Shown here piece by piece: positions 46,745 to 60,894 of a stretch of 64,000 nucleotides of DNA. The notes below the pieces were generated by a model. The model ran no database searches and was not told where the DNA came from. It saw only the letters and a list, made by a program, of their open reading frames with translations. Each line of letters starts with the position of its first letter. Position 1 is the stretch's first letter. The position numbers and the translations under genes are program-made. The stretch is taken from NCBI GenBank assembly GCA_964187785.1, contig OZ076409.1:92816001-92880000 (forward strand), in the 5' to 3' direction. The DNA is from Amphiscolops sp. MND2022 (lineage: Eukaryota).

Positions 46745-48357
46745 TGTAAGAACCATGACCCATGGCATCTCTTAAATCACCTACAGATCGTGAATCTTTC
46801 TTTGTTATCTTTATTTTAGGCCCAGATGCGTTTTCCCTGTTCTCCTGACTGTTAGGGGACAAACTGGCCTCAGTGTCCCTATGTCCGGTAGAGGACATTG
46901 AGTTCGCAATATTCTGAATCTCTGGTATAACTCTTTCAGCTATAGCCGTTGTTATGGCTCTGTTTATTTGGTTATGCATCATGGACATCATGGAGTCCAT
47001 TTCTTGAGACAGTCTAAGGTTGAATTCACTGGAGAAAGCTTCAAATGATTGTCTCACTTCATTTTGTCTCAACGACTCATTTTCATGTATATAATCTCTA
47101 AGTCCGTTTTCATGGTACATGCTCGGACCAGCGTCCCCGTGGGTCGACGACTGGTCTATAGCTTCAGCTAATTCTCTCTCGATTGGGTTATTGTTTTCAC
47201 TCCCTAGCATTACGTCTAGGTTATCATAATCGGACAGCATGTCCATTTCTCTAGATCTTCTAGCCTTAGCTTTCTGGCGTCTAGTAGAAGGCATAAGAGA
47301 TTATTGCAAGAGTAAGATTTCAATTAGTACCTTGGGCTTGCAAATATAGGAAAATGAACGGGTAGTCTATTAAACAAAATAAACAGTTCGTGTAATAACA
47401 ATGTTTCACAAAGTTATATCTAATTGTCTCAGAACGTATCAGAATTGTATGAGAGTTTGTCAAGTTGTCTCCTCGGGGCTATTTGTCCCGGGTATATATA
47501 GTAAAGGGTACATGACATCTAACAAATTGGTGGTCATGTTCTAAAAATAGCCTTAAGGGCTTTCTAAATATAGCTACAATCTATAAATAGCAGGCAACGT
47601 CAACATTACATCATATAGATCAAAGGTCCCTCTTGGCGGCAAATATGGCGGCGGGACCATGAGTCCGTTAGGACAAGCAACTGCTTACATGCATACTAAG
47701 CAACGTACTACATGTATGAAATACATATTACATGTATGAAATGCTTACTACATGTATAGATAGTAATTTTACATATATTCTAAACTAAATATATTGCGCA
47801 AATTACATACGAAGCAACACCATCAAACTAAGTCTAAAATATTAAATCAGTCCTTTGAGGACCAATAGCGCCTTTTATTAGTTATCAAAAGATTAATTAT
47901 TACATAACCAGTACTGCTAGTTAGAATAGCACTCTCAATTAAAGCGCGGACTCAGTGTCCAATAGACTGGTACAGCCCGGCGCTTTATTAGCAGGCGGCA
48001 TATAGCTGTCTAGTCCTTTAATCTATTATGCTAGCACGAGTAAAGGTTACATAACACTGCGCTATGATTGGATGACGAGTTAATCGGACTTGCAGACCAA
48101 GGCGACAGGCAAGAAAACATTTGAACGCGTTTCCTTTACCTGTACGCCTTGGTGTCCAATTAACTCGTATTAATACATAGAATTACATAATATAGCTTGT
48201 ACAAAATGAAATATATAGGGTTTTACATGACTTTTAAAGCAACAATAATAGTTTTCCTTGTAAGTTTTCTAATTTAATGGAAGGGTGAAGGGTTCTGCTT
48301 TCTTGTAACTGTGGCAGATTGAGTATGTATTGCCATCACAGGCGGACGCCTGGGACA
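46745..48357 (-). repeat. 5' LTR of element B
   Basis: Direct repeat of 32726-34338. Confidence 0.98.
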
Positions 48358-49386
48358 GAAAGTAATAATTTTATTTGGACAAAGAAATAGTTCAAAAATT
48401 GTTGAAAACTTGTATAAAAAGTTCTAAAACTGCAGTAATCTGACACTGTGTTTCTCAAGACGTTTCTTGAAAAAGTTTCAGTTCTCAATAAATATACATG
48501 CTACGAAACTCTTTGGATTGTCCTCTAAGTTGTTTTAAAAAACCGTCGGACCTCATTGTTGCTATATTTATGCGAATTGTGAAAACTTTTTTCTGTTTTA
48601 GTGATGTTTCCCATTTTCTACAAACAGCAAGCAGCCAAACGCACTTTCACCCTGCGCGTCATCATCACTTATTCGCTCTTCATTTTCATCAGTTAGACTG
48701 ATCTTTCATTTTTAAACTCCTCTCTGTTTATTCCTTAGATTTATCCAGGGTTGAGTTGATAGGGGAAGTCAAACTAATAATCTTATGCAGTGAGAGCGCT
48801 ATGTTTGACCGTGAACAAACAAAAGTTATACCGTAACAAGAGAAGCCAACTGTTTACACTGTTTACATAGCGACTTCAAGATACCCCAATAAATTACCCG
48901 GTGAAAAAACTATGCGGATTCTATGTTTCGAGTGTTTTTCCAGCTTTATATTCAATCGAAATTTTCAGATTAAACTTTTTCCTCCACATTTTTTCCACAA
49001 TAAACAGACGAGGAAGAATGTAAAAGTCATCATGAAAAAACTATCAGTAAGTCTACATCTCACTATGGAAATACCTGAGGTACATGGTAATTACCTGAAA
49101 AATGAAGCAAGTTTCACGGGAAGATTCAGTTAGGATCGTATGGGAAATACAAGAGGTTTTCAAGGAAAAAAGCACACACGTTTGACCTTTTTGTCTTCTC
49201 CGTATTGAAATTCTTGAACTCTTGCCAGTAACTTTTATCATGGTTTTCTTAAACTTTTACGGAACTTTCAACGGAACGTTTTTGTATTTTGAAAATTAAA
49301 ATCTCTGCAGAAGCATTCAGTTTTTTGTTTCCACAAAACCCAGATTTGAACATTGGAGCTTCATTTTACCCCAGACATCTCGGATA

Positions 49387-50978
49387 CAGGGATTGGAAAT
49401 TATTCATTGCGAAAAAAATAATTGCAATAAACTTATTGAAATTATTTATTTTTGGCCTTCAGAAATAACAATAATTTATTTTCTGAATAAAATAATTTTA
49501 CCAATAGTTGTCAAAAATTTTTTATAATGATTTCATTTTATATAGGCCTAACGCATTGCATTGAGTGACGCAGAAAGTTTCAGAGCGTGTTGTATTGAAG
49601 TCAATATTTAAAATATTCAAATTTGAAGAATAAAATGCCCTAGTCATTATCGAAGAAGGCTTTAGCCGAGTCATACTTTACGAAAGTCGCACCAAACGAG
49701 TAATGTAAATGTGGACGGAAGCGAAAGCAGAAAGACGGCGCAGGTTACAGCAATTTATTGAACCATATTCAATCGGATCATCCTGACCATGCACATCACG
49801 TCATGGAGACTAACACCGTTATTACAAATTCAGCGGGAATGGCTGCCACGAAGAAGGCAAACAATATATATTGCTGGATCGATTGGATCATTACTGAAGC
49901 ACGCGAATTTTCGTTTCCGGATTCTGATTTGGTAAAGAAATATACGAACTTGGATCCTGTTACTGGGAAAACTCTGCAAGAGTACATGTCCAAATTGAAC
50001 GTTAGGTGGAGAATTCGGTTGCTAGCAGTTTGCAGACAAAGTTTGGACTCATCATTGATGGTTGGACTGATTCAAACACTCATTACCTTGGTGTTTTCGC
50101 TGTTTATGAACATGAAGGTACATTTTTAATTTTATTGCAATTTTGTTTCATAAAGCAATTAATTGCAATTAATTGTACAATTAATTGCAGGGGTGTAAAC
50201 TATCTTATCACAAATGTAATCTTTGATAAAAAGTAGTGGTGCAACGAATGTTCGAACGTCAGTCGATCCGATCCTACCATGCTCATGCATACGGATACCA
50301 GTCATTTTGATTTTTTGGTGGAATTTGGTGATTTTCCAAGTTTCTGTTTAGGAGGACAGAAAAGTCCATTACTTGCATTTGCTCCTCTCTTAAACGTAGA
50401 AGACCTTACGGCAGATAGTCATGTCCAATTCATTGATGCAACATTGGCCATTTTTGGGAAAAGCCGCAATAACATTGGATTTATTGTTTGCGACAACGAA
50501 AATCGCAACAAAGCAATTTCAAGAATTCTGAAAGTACCGATGATTGAGCTTTGCCGAGCAAATTTTGGATAACAAACGACGAAAAGTCGCTGAATCGGAC
50601 TTCAAATGGGTCCCTGGTACTTCAAACAAAGCAGAACGTTTATTCAGCGCGGCGAAGCTAATTTTGGGGGACCTACGAAGGCGAACCAGCTCGCTTCATC
50701 TTGAAATGTTACTTTTTCTTAAAGCAAATCGAGAGTTTTGGGGAATGAAAGATGTTGAGAAACTGCTCAATCAATCGTAGTTTTACGCTAGACTCAGTTT
50801 TCAGTTTACTTTACATTTTACTTCTCTGTTTTTACAGTTTACTTTTTCATTAAAATAATTTTTTCCGGGAGAAAAATAATTGCAATAATTGCAATTGATT
50901 GTTTTACTCAAAAAAGCAATAAAATAAATGATTGCTAGTCAACAATATACTATTTAAATTATTTATTTCCAATCCCTG
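49387..50978 (+). mobile_element. Internally deleted hAT DNA transposon
   Basis: TIRs CAGGGATTGGAAAT / ATTTCCAATCCCTG; 8-bp TSD CTCGGATA on both sides; transposase remnants (NLLNHIQSDH, FGLIIDGWT, FIVCDN, TSNKAERLFS, LEMLLFLKAN). Confidence 0.95.
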
Positions 50979-52086
50979 CTCGGATAGTCATGCAAATTTT
51001 GAGATTACCTGAAGCAATATCAAGAATATTTACTCCCAACGTATTAACAGTGTTCCCTGAATCATTTAGCGTGCTAAACGACGCCAGCCAAGTGTGAAGT
51101 ACTGACGAAACCCCCCCTGATAATCGGACTTAAGGGTCTTAAGATTTATCATTCATTCATCCTAATTCAGTTCAATAATACAAATGCGTTAACGAAAGTA
51201 GCTAAAATGGAACTGATAAAATTGTTGATTTGAAAACCAACTTAAGGAGTCGTATTTTATCGTCTTCTCTTTTCCTTTGAGTGGTGATTTATTTATCCAA
51301 TTTCAAAATGCTTTTCCTTTTCTGCATTTTCTACTACAATCACTCTAGGAAAATAATGAACAACTGAGTAGGCGTTCACTGAGTTTCCTCTCACCCTCGT
51401 TAACACTTTGTATTTTCCAAGTGACTGCTCTCTTCCAATTTTGTGAACCATAATTCACTCATCTTTGATTTCCTGATTTTTCGTTCATCGAATTTCGTTA
51501 ATAACCTTTTCAGTCAGCTTTTCAGTAAAACTGAATCAGAGAAACAACATGCTTACTTAGATCTTCTTCTTTCTTGGTTTCTTCAAATCATTTTGAGCTC
51601 TAAACTTTCAACCAATATCATGGCAGGAAAAAGATGATAATTCCTTTGAAATTGAGTGAAAATTTCTTCAATACTTTCCGATTTTAAGATACAAATACGA
51701 CACTTGGTCAAACGTTTTGGCCAAAATTTTGATTTTTTTGGTGGCTTCATACACGTAGCCTGTTACAATGCTTATGATGTACGTCTTAGTAGAGAATGCT
51801 TATCAGAAAAATTTTGGACAAGTCACTTTTTGGTCAAAACAACCTGATACTTCCTTAGAAAGTGAATGAAAGTTGTTCCGATACTTTCTGATTACAAAGC
51901 AGGTTGAAAAAGTATCCTGAAACTACAAATGGTTGTAATTCATGGTCATTGCCATGGTGGAACGAAAAATGTTCAATGTATTTATTTAAATATGTTGAAA
52001 CTCGTTTTACTGAGAAAAAATGATGAGACTTTAACCATCACTTTTCTAACGTACATGTGAAATTTAATCGTTCCCAAGTTTATCAG

Positions 52087-55000
52087 CGTAGAAGATTTAC
52101 GAACTCAGACTGTACAAACTAATAAGTCTACGCTTTATTCTATTTCTTTTTGGATTATTATTATCCTCGTTGTTTAAACCAGTCCCCGTCACATAAGTGC
52201 AGAAGAAGCGTCAGCTTAGTGCTATAAAAAGATACGATTGAAAACAGAACAATTTTGAACATTGAATTCCTTTTTACCAAGTTGATAAGGAATACAACAT
52301 GGCGCAGTCAGAGTAACCATAAAGGTTACACCAGACCTTCACAAACCTCAAGGAAAAGGAGTATGGAAAGCAACACCGAAGCTACTCCAAGAAGTGAAGG
52401 AATTACAAGGACGTCGGCGGAATCACACTCAAGTGGAAAACTGCTACCAAACGACACAATAGACAGGACCGCAGAACGAACTTGCACCCAGAAGTTTACC
52501 ATTACAACTCTGGAAAAACATGATTACACTAATGCAAAAATGTGATGGCAGGAATTCGTACAATATATAAAGATGACAAAGGACATGGATCTATCAATCA
52601 TGACGAACATCAAAGAGAAACTGCCACAATACTCTGATCAACTAGGAACAGAAAGAAAGGACATATTGCTACGGGCAATTGGACAATTGCTATCACGGAA
52701 ATGACAAAAACGGTCGGGGAGAGGGAACCGAGTTCCATACCATTGTATAAGTTATATACATTGCTCCGAATAAAATTCACACCAGCGAGAAATGTTCAAT
52801 AGATGAGAGCCAATTTCTTTGTCTCGAAACGAGAAGACGGAGAATCCGCAGCAGATTTATGGAAACGAAACCACCTAGAAGTAGAGAAAAATTGCGAATT
52901 TGAAACAATAACCGCGGCGGAACTTCTGGCTTGAAAATGTTTTCTCTCATCGGCAAACCCACCGGCGATTGCGACCTCACGAAAAAGAGTAGAAAGACCG
53001 ACATGTCGGTAGAAGAAATAACCGAAGCATTAGATGAGTACAGGTATGAAAAACTAAACGACTCACCGGAAACAAAAGACGAGAAGAAGATTCGATATCT
53101 CCATAGAAGAAGACAAGGACCTCCGAGGAATCAATAAAGAAACCGGCAAAACTCAAGAAAATAGACAGATGTTGAGCCACAATCCGGTCGCGACAGCATG
53201 TATGCCCGGCTAGGGGAAAAATGAGCAAAATAAGAAAAGAATGGCCATTTCGCGAAATGTTGCAGGACAAACAGAAAAATAAACCGCACACAGGAACAAT
53301 GAACAAGTAGTGCGAAAGAAGATATTTGAAATTGAACACAAACCATTCTATAAACCAGAAAATCCATTCAACGCCCTCGAAAAAAAATGACAGTCCGGAA
53401 TTTTTTACCTTCAATGCAGTGGTCATTAACCGACCGACCAAAATCTTCATAGACAGCGGCTCACTATCAACTTTAATACCGAAGTCACAATGCAACAAAA
53501 TGACATCATTACGTCCGCTAGAAACTAAACACAGGGACGTAAATAACAACCGGATAAAGTTAAGGTTGAAGCAAAAACAATGGCGAACGTTCAAATAGAT
53601 GGGAAAAACTGTTTGTAGATTATGGTAACGCCGAAGAAGACAACCCCTTATTGGGCTTAGACTGGATGAAAATGCTCGGAATAACGTTTGATACCGGTAA
53701 TAACGATTCGAAAACCATACTGTGAAGTGAGTAGAAGTGAAAATAGTACTGAAAAAAGGCTTAAAACTGACACAACCAAAAAGGGACAATCGGTCGATAA
53801 AGGAATCGAATAATTAAAGAAACAAGGCCACACTGAGAAAGCAAATAAAATCGATGCTCGATTAGCACAATTTACCGTTAACGTGAACCACATCGCTGGT
53901 AAACACTAGGCACTCACAGATTACTTCAGCAAAAATCCGGCAGCGATGCTGCAAAGGGAAGTAGCGAACGACGAAGAAGACGTCATCAACAACATTCTAA
54001 TGCATTACAAATATATCTGCGAATACGGTTGCGTTAGCAGTTTTTTCGACCAATCAGAAAGCGAATGGACGGACGCGAACGCAAAATAAACAACGAACCA
54101 CGGTCGAAGAACGCTCGTGAACAAATCGCTATTGATTGCCTTAACAACGCCGCATACACACACGGAAAATTCAAACCTAACAATACAAGAAGCCTCAAAG
54201 TTACAATGGATGCTAGATCAATTGAAAACCTTGAAGCAGCAGATTCTTCCGCCGAAATAGCAGCATTAATCCGCAGATGGAAAAAAAGTAGAGCGCGGCT
54301 ATTACCGAATGATCGGAAGAAATTGGAAACAATGTCACGAGCCTAAATTCATACGAAATAAAAGAAGGGTAATCGATGACCGATTACAACAGATAATCAA
54401 ACGCAGTGAACAAGGAGACTTAAGACAATGAATTGACCCGCAACACAAAGGGGGCTTCCAACCACAGACACGAAGTTTAGAGTAATAGAGCATAGATCCA
54501 TGTTGGGAAGTGGATCTCGGTCCGACCGAACCAACAAGACAGTCCAGGAACCTCAACAGCATCGATCGGTCCATGCCGAAGCCTACAATTCTCGATGGAG
54601 GAAAGAGGAATCGAATCCAAAACAGCTCAGGACCCGTCAGTCCCATAAGTTCCGGCAGTCAACTGGGCACGCTACGTGGGAGTCAAGTGTGTCCAATACG
54701 TGAAAATATGACACGCGCCGAAAATAACAGGAGAAGAGAAGAAGAAATGGGACGTAAACAGGCCGTGCGAGATACCGAGAAAAATTTCTCAACAGATCGG
54801 CAACTGTTGATGACAGAAACCACTGACGAAACCAAAATACTGAAGACACTGCTATGCTTAGAACGCCTCGTATACCAAGTACGGAAACAAATATTCTTCC
54901 ACCGTTGAACAGTCCAATAGAAGAAATGCAATTGGATTTCGTTGGACCAGTCACAGGAAACAACCGTCGGTTCTATATATTACTGTCCATAGAATGGTTC

Positions 55001-57183
55001 AGTAAATAGCCGGCAGAGAATTTTTGCAAATCTACGGACAGAGACACAGTTGTAAGATTCAAGGTACATAAACAAAACTTTCAATTAAACGGCATACCAA
55101 AAACGATTAGAACGGATATAGCCAACGAGGTCAAGAACGACTCTTCAGAGATTTCTGTAAAAAAACATTACATCAAATCAATATAAAGGACATTGTATAT
55201 ACATACAACCTTGAAAGAAAACATCTTTTTGAACATCAAAGATGGAGAACGATTCGGTAAGGCTCTAGAACTGTAAGTCTCTGGATGTAATGAAAAAAAC
55301 ACCACATGCGAGACCGAAAATCCGCATTCGAACTTCACTACGGTAGAATACCGAACACCGACAAAAGCAACCTTCTAAAACTCGATACTTTAAAAAAGTT
55401 AACAAAAAAGATGTGTACTCATCATTACAATGCATATGCCGCAACGAACTAGCAAGATCTTGCTAGTTCGATAAACATCCAATAAAAATGCGTTCTTATT
55501 TCAGATACGCGTTACGAGTTTCGCTCGCTACACTGTGATTTGGCGTTACGCGTAGTGATGAAAAAGCCGTAAATGACTACTTCACCCTCTCTATAATTAC
55601 GTACATTGACTGGTTTCCACTTCACTGGTTGATTGTTCTACCTGATTGGCGTTACTTTACTGACGGCGTGTACCAAAAAACTTCTCTTCAGACTAAGTTG
55701 TTTGGACTGGTTTTCACTTTTCTCGAATTACGCTCAATGATCACAATCCGCAATTTCTGATTACACTGTGCATCACAATTCCCGATGAACACGATGCACT
55801 GTGTGACTAGAATACGGTTCGCTCTCGTTTTACGGAAAATATACTTTACACTTGATGATAAATTCCACTTTTGCGACATATGTGTCGTTATGACTCAGCG
55901 GAGCTGGCGGTGTTTCTGACCACGTACCCATGAACCCGAAGAAGAGCGCATAAGAAGTTTGTAAATACCACTGTATGTTCCTGGTAAAACAACACCAGCG
56001 GTCAAAATTTGAATTTGCATATTCCAATAAACCTCAAACAGCAATATCGGGGAATGTTCATACGGCCACCACTTCCATTGGGAGAGTACTGCTTTGAAAA
56101 CAATTAATTAACCTAATGCTGAATTTTACCAGGAAGACAAAAGCAGTGGGAATGGACCACGAGGACTCGACGGCCTGTTTAAAACATCACCAATAAAACA
56201 AAAGCAAATAACACCGCCAATGGAGCTGGAAAATCCGAAAACACAGGAACCTCTGGGCAATACAACACTCAAGAAGAGTACATTTGGTCAAGGCAGACCC
56301 AGGTTAATGAGAGACCGCCTCAGTCGAAACCACCCAAAACAACTCGACAAATACACCTATACCGGGAGACGATACGTGTCTGCTGACTGTCATCACCGTA
56401 CACATGACAGACACGGAAATAGACCGTGCCATAGAAAACGCTAAATGCGCAGATCAAGAATTTCTTATCCGAGACTAACTTGGTAAGATATTTATTGATA
56501 CTACCCCAAACTCCCAAACCCGAAAAAATTGACTATAAGTCAGAAAATTCTGAACTAGACTTAGCACGCAATCTGAGCTCAAACACTGAAATTGAAACTG
56601 ACTAAAAAAACCAAGAAGAGAAAGCTGTACGAAGATCGAAAAGACTAACGAAAACTAATCCAATAGTTAGATATAATAACCCAGTTTATCATGATTACAG
56701 GAAACACCGTGAAAAAACTGAACTCGGGAATTCCACCAGGTGAATCAGAAGCATAGCCGGAGACGGGGAACAACACACCATAAACCGGCAATCTAACCAG
56801 ATACAGACGTTACGGCAAATTACAAACCGTGACAACCATAGAAGCGAGGAACGGTTACCCGTACCAAACCATGGACCAGTGGAGGAACGACCCTGCACAA
56901 AAGAAAGCAGGACTTCCTATTGGCAGTTCATCAGCCAATAATAATGGGGAGAATGTAGAGGAGGACTTACGAACTCAGACTGTACAAACTAATAAGGATG
57001 TGCTTTATTCTATTTTTCTATTTCTATTTTGTTTATTATTATCCTCGTTGTTTAAGAACCTGTCCCCGTGACATAAGTGCAGAGGAAGCATGCATTAGCT
57101 TAGTGCTACAAAAAGATACGATTGAAAACAATTTCTTTTTAGACATTGAATATCTTTTTACCAAGTTGATAATGAATACAACA
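52087..57183 (+). mobile_element. Old degenerate Ty3/Gypsy-type LTR element with short LTRs
   Basis: Diverged LTRs 52087-52299 and 56954-57183; PBS TGGCGCAGTC at 52300; PPT ATGGGGAGAA; TSD ATCAG/ACCAG; protease remnant IFIDSGS, RNase H end and integrase remnants; RT mostly deleted. Confidence 0.88.
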
Positions 57184-60100
57184 ACCAGAGATACACTTCT
57201 ACACAAGTCTTTATCTACTATTTTTGTTTGTCTGATTCGCTGTTTGTTTGCTTTTTTAAAACGAATCTTTCATTCACTTTTTTTTCAAAAAATGAAAAAT
57301 TTTAGCTTCTGCGGGGCTCTCTGTTTTAAAGACCTAAAATATTTTAAAAGACCTAAAGACTTTCGAAAGACCTAAAATATGAAACAGTTTTGGCACGAAA
57401 TTGAAAAAAATACAACAATTTTGGCCGATAGTTGATAGATGTTGATGGAAAACTAGAAATACTTTCCACTTGATCTAGAATATAAAGCCGGGTTCTGTGT
57501 TTCCTTGCTTGTTGACGGGGACTGAGATGCATGACTACGTAGTCTCGAGTCCCAGATCAGACCAAAAATTGTTTTGATTGCCAAGCGGGAAGCGAGAACA
57601 AAAGGCCCCAATGCATTTTGTCGGCCCGCCCAGTCTCTGATTTACAACATCGAAAATGAAAGAAAGAATTTCGGAATGCAACCCAGGAACACAGACAAAT
57701 TTGGGTCAATGGTCATTGGTCCGTTTTCTGTGGAATGATTTTGTCAAGACGTTTTTCAAAAATTATGTCAAAAATAAATCCAAAATTAATCTCTGACTCT
57801 GATGCAGAAAGACTAAATGAAATTTTTGCTGTTCATAGCCGAAATACCTAATTTTTGATATTTTTTTGTTTTTTTTTGTTCTGTTTTCGTAATGACATTA
57901 CTTTATGGAATGACGTTACTTTGGAAAAGACATTCTCTTACCAATTAAGTGTTCGAAGCTTTTTGAGCACTATTGCAACTTTATGTGATTGTGGGTAATT
58001 ATTATGTGATGGATCTAGTATTTTCAGTGCTGTGGAGTTCAGCCTAAAAGGTGCAGCTTTGAAATTCAAACAAAGGGGTGGATGTGCTATTAAAAGGGGA
58101 AAGCTTGTCTCAATCAGTTGAAATCGGTCCCCTATTGGTGGCAATCGGTTCAGGATCGGTGTTTTGTATCTTCTAACGTTTTCCTATCGATATAAAACTT
58201 TATGCAAGTCTGCAGATACTTTTTACAGACAATTACAACATATTGTATGAATGTTATGAATTTTGTTTCTTTCAGATCAGAAAGAAACAGAATTCATAAA
58301 ATTTGTACAGTATTTTGCAACTGCCTTTAAGAAGTTTCTGCATTTTTGCAAGAAGTCTGTCTAGAAAAGATGTTTTTCCCGGAGAATGATTAGAGAATCT
58401 GTCTAAGAAAGCACAAGATATATGAAGAAGTTTGCAACGAAATCCAAGGTTTGCAAAAATTTGCAAGGAAATGCCAAATAATTTGGAAATCTTGCAAGAA
58501 GCTCAAATTTCTAGCATAAGATTCTTGCGAGGAAACTGCGCCACTTTGTATACTCCATGTTTATAGTCGTAAAGTGTTCCTAGTTAAAGACGCTAAGTGT
58601 TCATTTTTTCAGCAGTTAGTTCATCTAAATAAATACTCAGATACTAAATTCGATCTTGTTTCAGCCAACTTGCCGATCGTCGCTCTCATGAGCAAAGTGA
58701 GTCATTTATTCCCCTTTAAAGTTTTCAGTAACTGAAACAAAAACTCACTTTATTTCCATATTCAAACATTTCAGGCAAAAGGGGGTCATGAGTGTGTGAG
58801 GGTTAGTGAACAATTTTTTTTATCACGTTGAATCACTGCAAAATTTAGAATCACTGGAAAATCTAAAAAATAGATCGAAAAAACACCAGAACTTTTTTAT
58901 GACATTCTAGTGATTAAGAAACGTCGTACTATAGTCCTATAGAGCTTAGTTAAATTCATCTGGTTTTACCCATGCAAGAGGCAATCGTAAAAAAATGATA
59001 CTGGCAAAACTCGATCTTTTAAATCGAAAAAAGAACGAAATTGTCGCAACTGAAAAAATGTCTCTCTGGTCCTAGAAACGAGCTCATTCTTATATTTACG
59101 TTGGGTCACAAAAGGGCAAATCAGGAATTAGTTTTTCACAGCTCACCATTTGCATGACCTTATTAGGAAAATGTCATTAATTAGGATAATCCGCATTTAT
59201 GTCGACAAAATAAAACTGGAAAAACGTCAACTTTTTTAAATACGACACGCATGATAAGCGACAACACGCATGATAAATTTATAGACATACTCGTACAATA
59301 TTGAACTCTTGAAAACTAAAAAATCTACATTGAGTGTGAAGCTTCCAAAATTGAATTTGTCTTTTCCAGAGGAAAAATGTTTTGCAATGATGTTGATTTT
59401 GAAACAGAATTCATTTTTAATTGTTTACCAACACAAACCAAATAACTTAAAAAGCAAACTTCAAACAGATTTTCTTGTTTTTGAAATCACTGAAGTGCTT
59501 TCGTCACTGCAAATTTTCAGATTACATAATCTTGAATGATGCCATGTAAAATTGTTTCCTCTTTTGCCATTTCGATAAGTCAACACCAAATGGACTGTTT
59601 AGATTTTTTTCAATTCCAAAAAACGTTTTGAATTGATAATTTTAATCATCAATTAACTTATCATAATTTACTCTTTTTATTTTAAAGGTTCGAGAAATTG
59701 CTTTTTAGCATTTGCTGAATGTTTTTGCTTTTAGGAAACAGTTGAATATAGCGTTCTTGAGATTAGATGATTTTACAGAAAATTTTTGGACTAATTGAAA
59801 GAAAAATAAAATATTTTTGAAGAAGATGAAGACGAACGTTTATTTCCCTAATTCCGCGGGGCGGTCGCCGAATAAACAGTTCTGCTTTTCTAAGTCAGCG
59901 CCCCTTCGGATACCATCTCCCCATAGCAAGCCATGGTATCATATTTGCAGTCAAATGGCCAAGCAAAGGTCGACTTGAAGCTGCAGTTTCAAAGTGACTT
60001 GGTCAAAATCAGAAAGCTCACAGTTACTCTTTTAGTTTTGCTTTTCACCACCAAATGCGTTCTTTTGTCATTGGCCATACCACTAAGTTAGGGATGAAGA

Positions 60101-60894
60101 ACTTGCTTAAGCCCAACAATGGTAAGTTTTTCATCCCTAGCTTAGTGGGATTGAAAAGTCTCCGAAATAGTGACATGTTTTAAAGTGAATAATACTCAAC
60201 AGAACACGCCGAAAGGCTGCTTTAAAGTCACACAATTTCTATGTCATTCTCACCATTTTTCATTCCAATCTTTTTGAAACCAGTTAATCCGATCACTTTC
60301 TCTCTGTCAGTTGATTTTCACTTCTTGAAGTAGGAAATTCCAGCAAAAACTCAATAGTTGCAAAATGAGGCTCAAATAAATGTAATATCCCACAATTAAT
60401 TTCCAAAACAGGATTTGAATTCTTTTTAGAACTGAAAAAAGATGCAAAAATTCATAATTACCTTCAACTTTCTATTCTTTAGTTTGCGAAATTAATGAAA
60501 GCGTTGCTTTGAAATCGAAACCAATTAGGTTGATCGAAATTTGACACCTCGCAAATATTCTTTCAGACTTTACTCGCCACCTAATAATCTGAAATCTCGT
60601 GTATCATGTTTTCGCTGTAAAATTGACGGTAAATAAAAAACTGAAACTAAAAAAACACGAAAAGATGCAAAAACGGGATTGGCGGGGTGATTAATTCGTA
60701 GAAATCTCCCAAAAACGATCAAGATCCGGCTCTAACACATTGTTGTAATCCGCATGATTATAAAAATCGGATATTTTGTCGTTGTGTCAATTTTTCTTTT
60801 TTGACCCTTCACGAAACATATTCATTTTTAAGGGTTCCTTTTTCAAACTTCTTTCCGACAAATTCTGACTGGAACTATGGAATATTGGTTTATT

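Larger units (their letters stand above)
45606..47294 (-). pseudogene. gag: Gag of element B with one in-frame stop (46545-46547); starts inside the 5' LTR
   Basis: ...VNL*NKPQSMTIRP joins the two ORFs in frame; CSYCKATGHYYKNC knuckle, second knuckle has C to R; first ~183 codons lie in the LTR. Confidence 0.92.
32726..48357 (-). mobile_element. Full-length 15.6-kb Ty3/Gypsy LTR retrotransposon B with antisense cargo gene and an extra sense ORF
   Basis: Two 1613-bp TG...CA LTRs; TSD GAAAG (32721-32725 and 48358-48362); PBS; PPT; gag and pol clearly homologous to element A. Confidence 0.98.
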
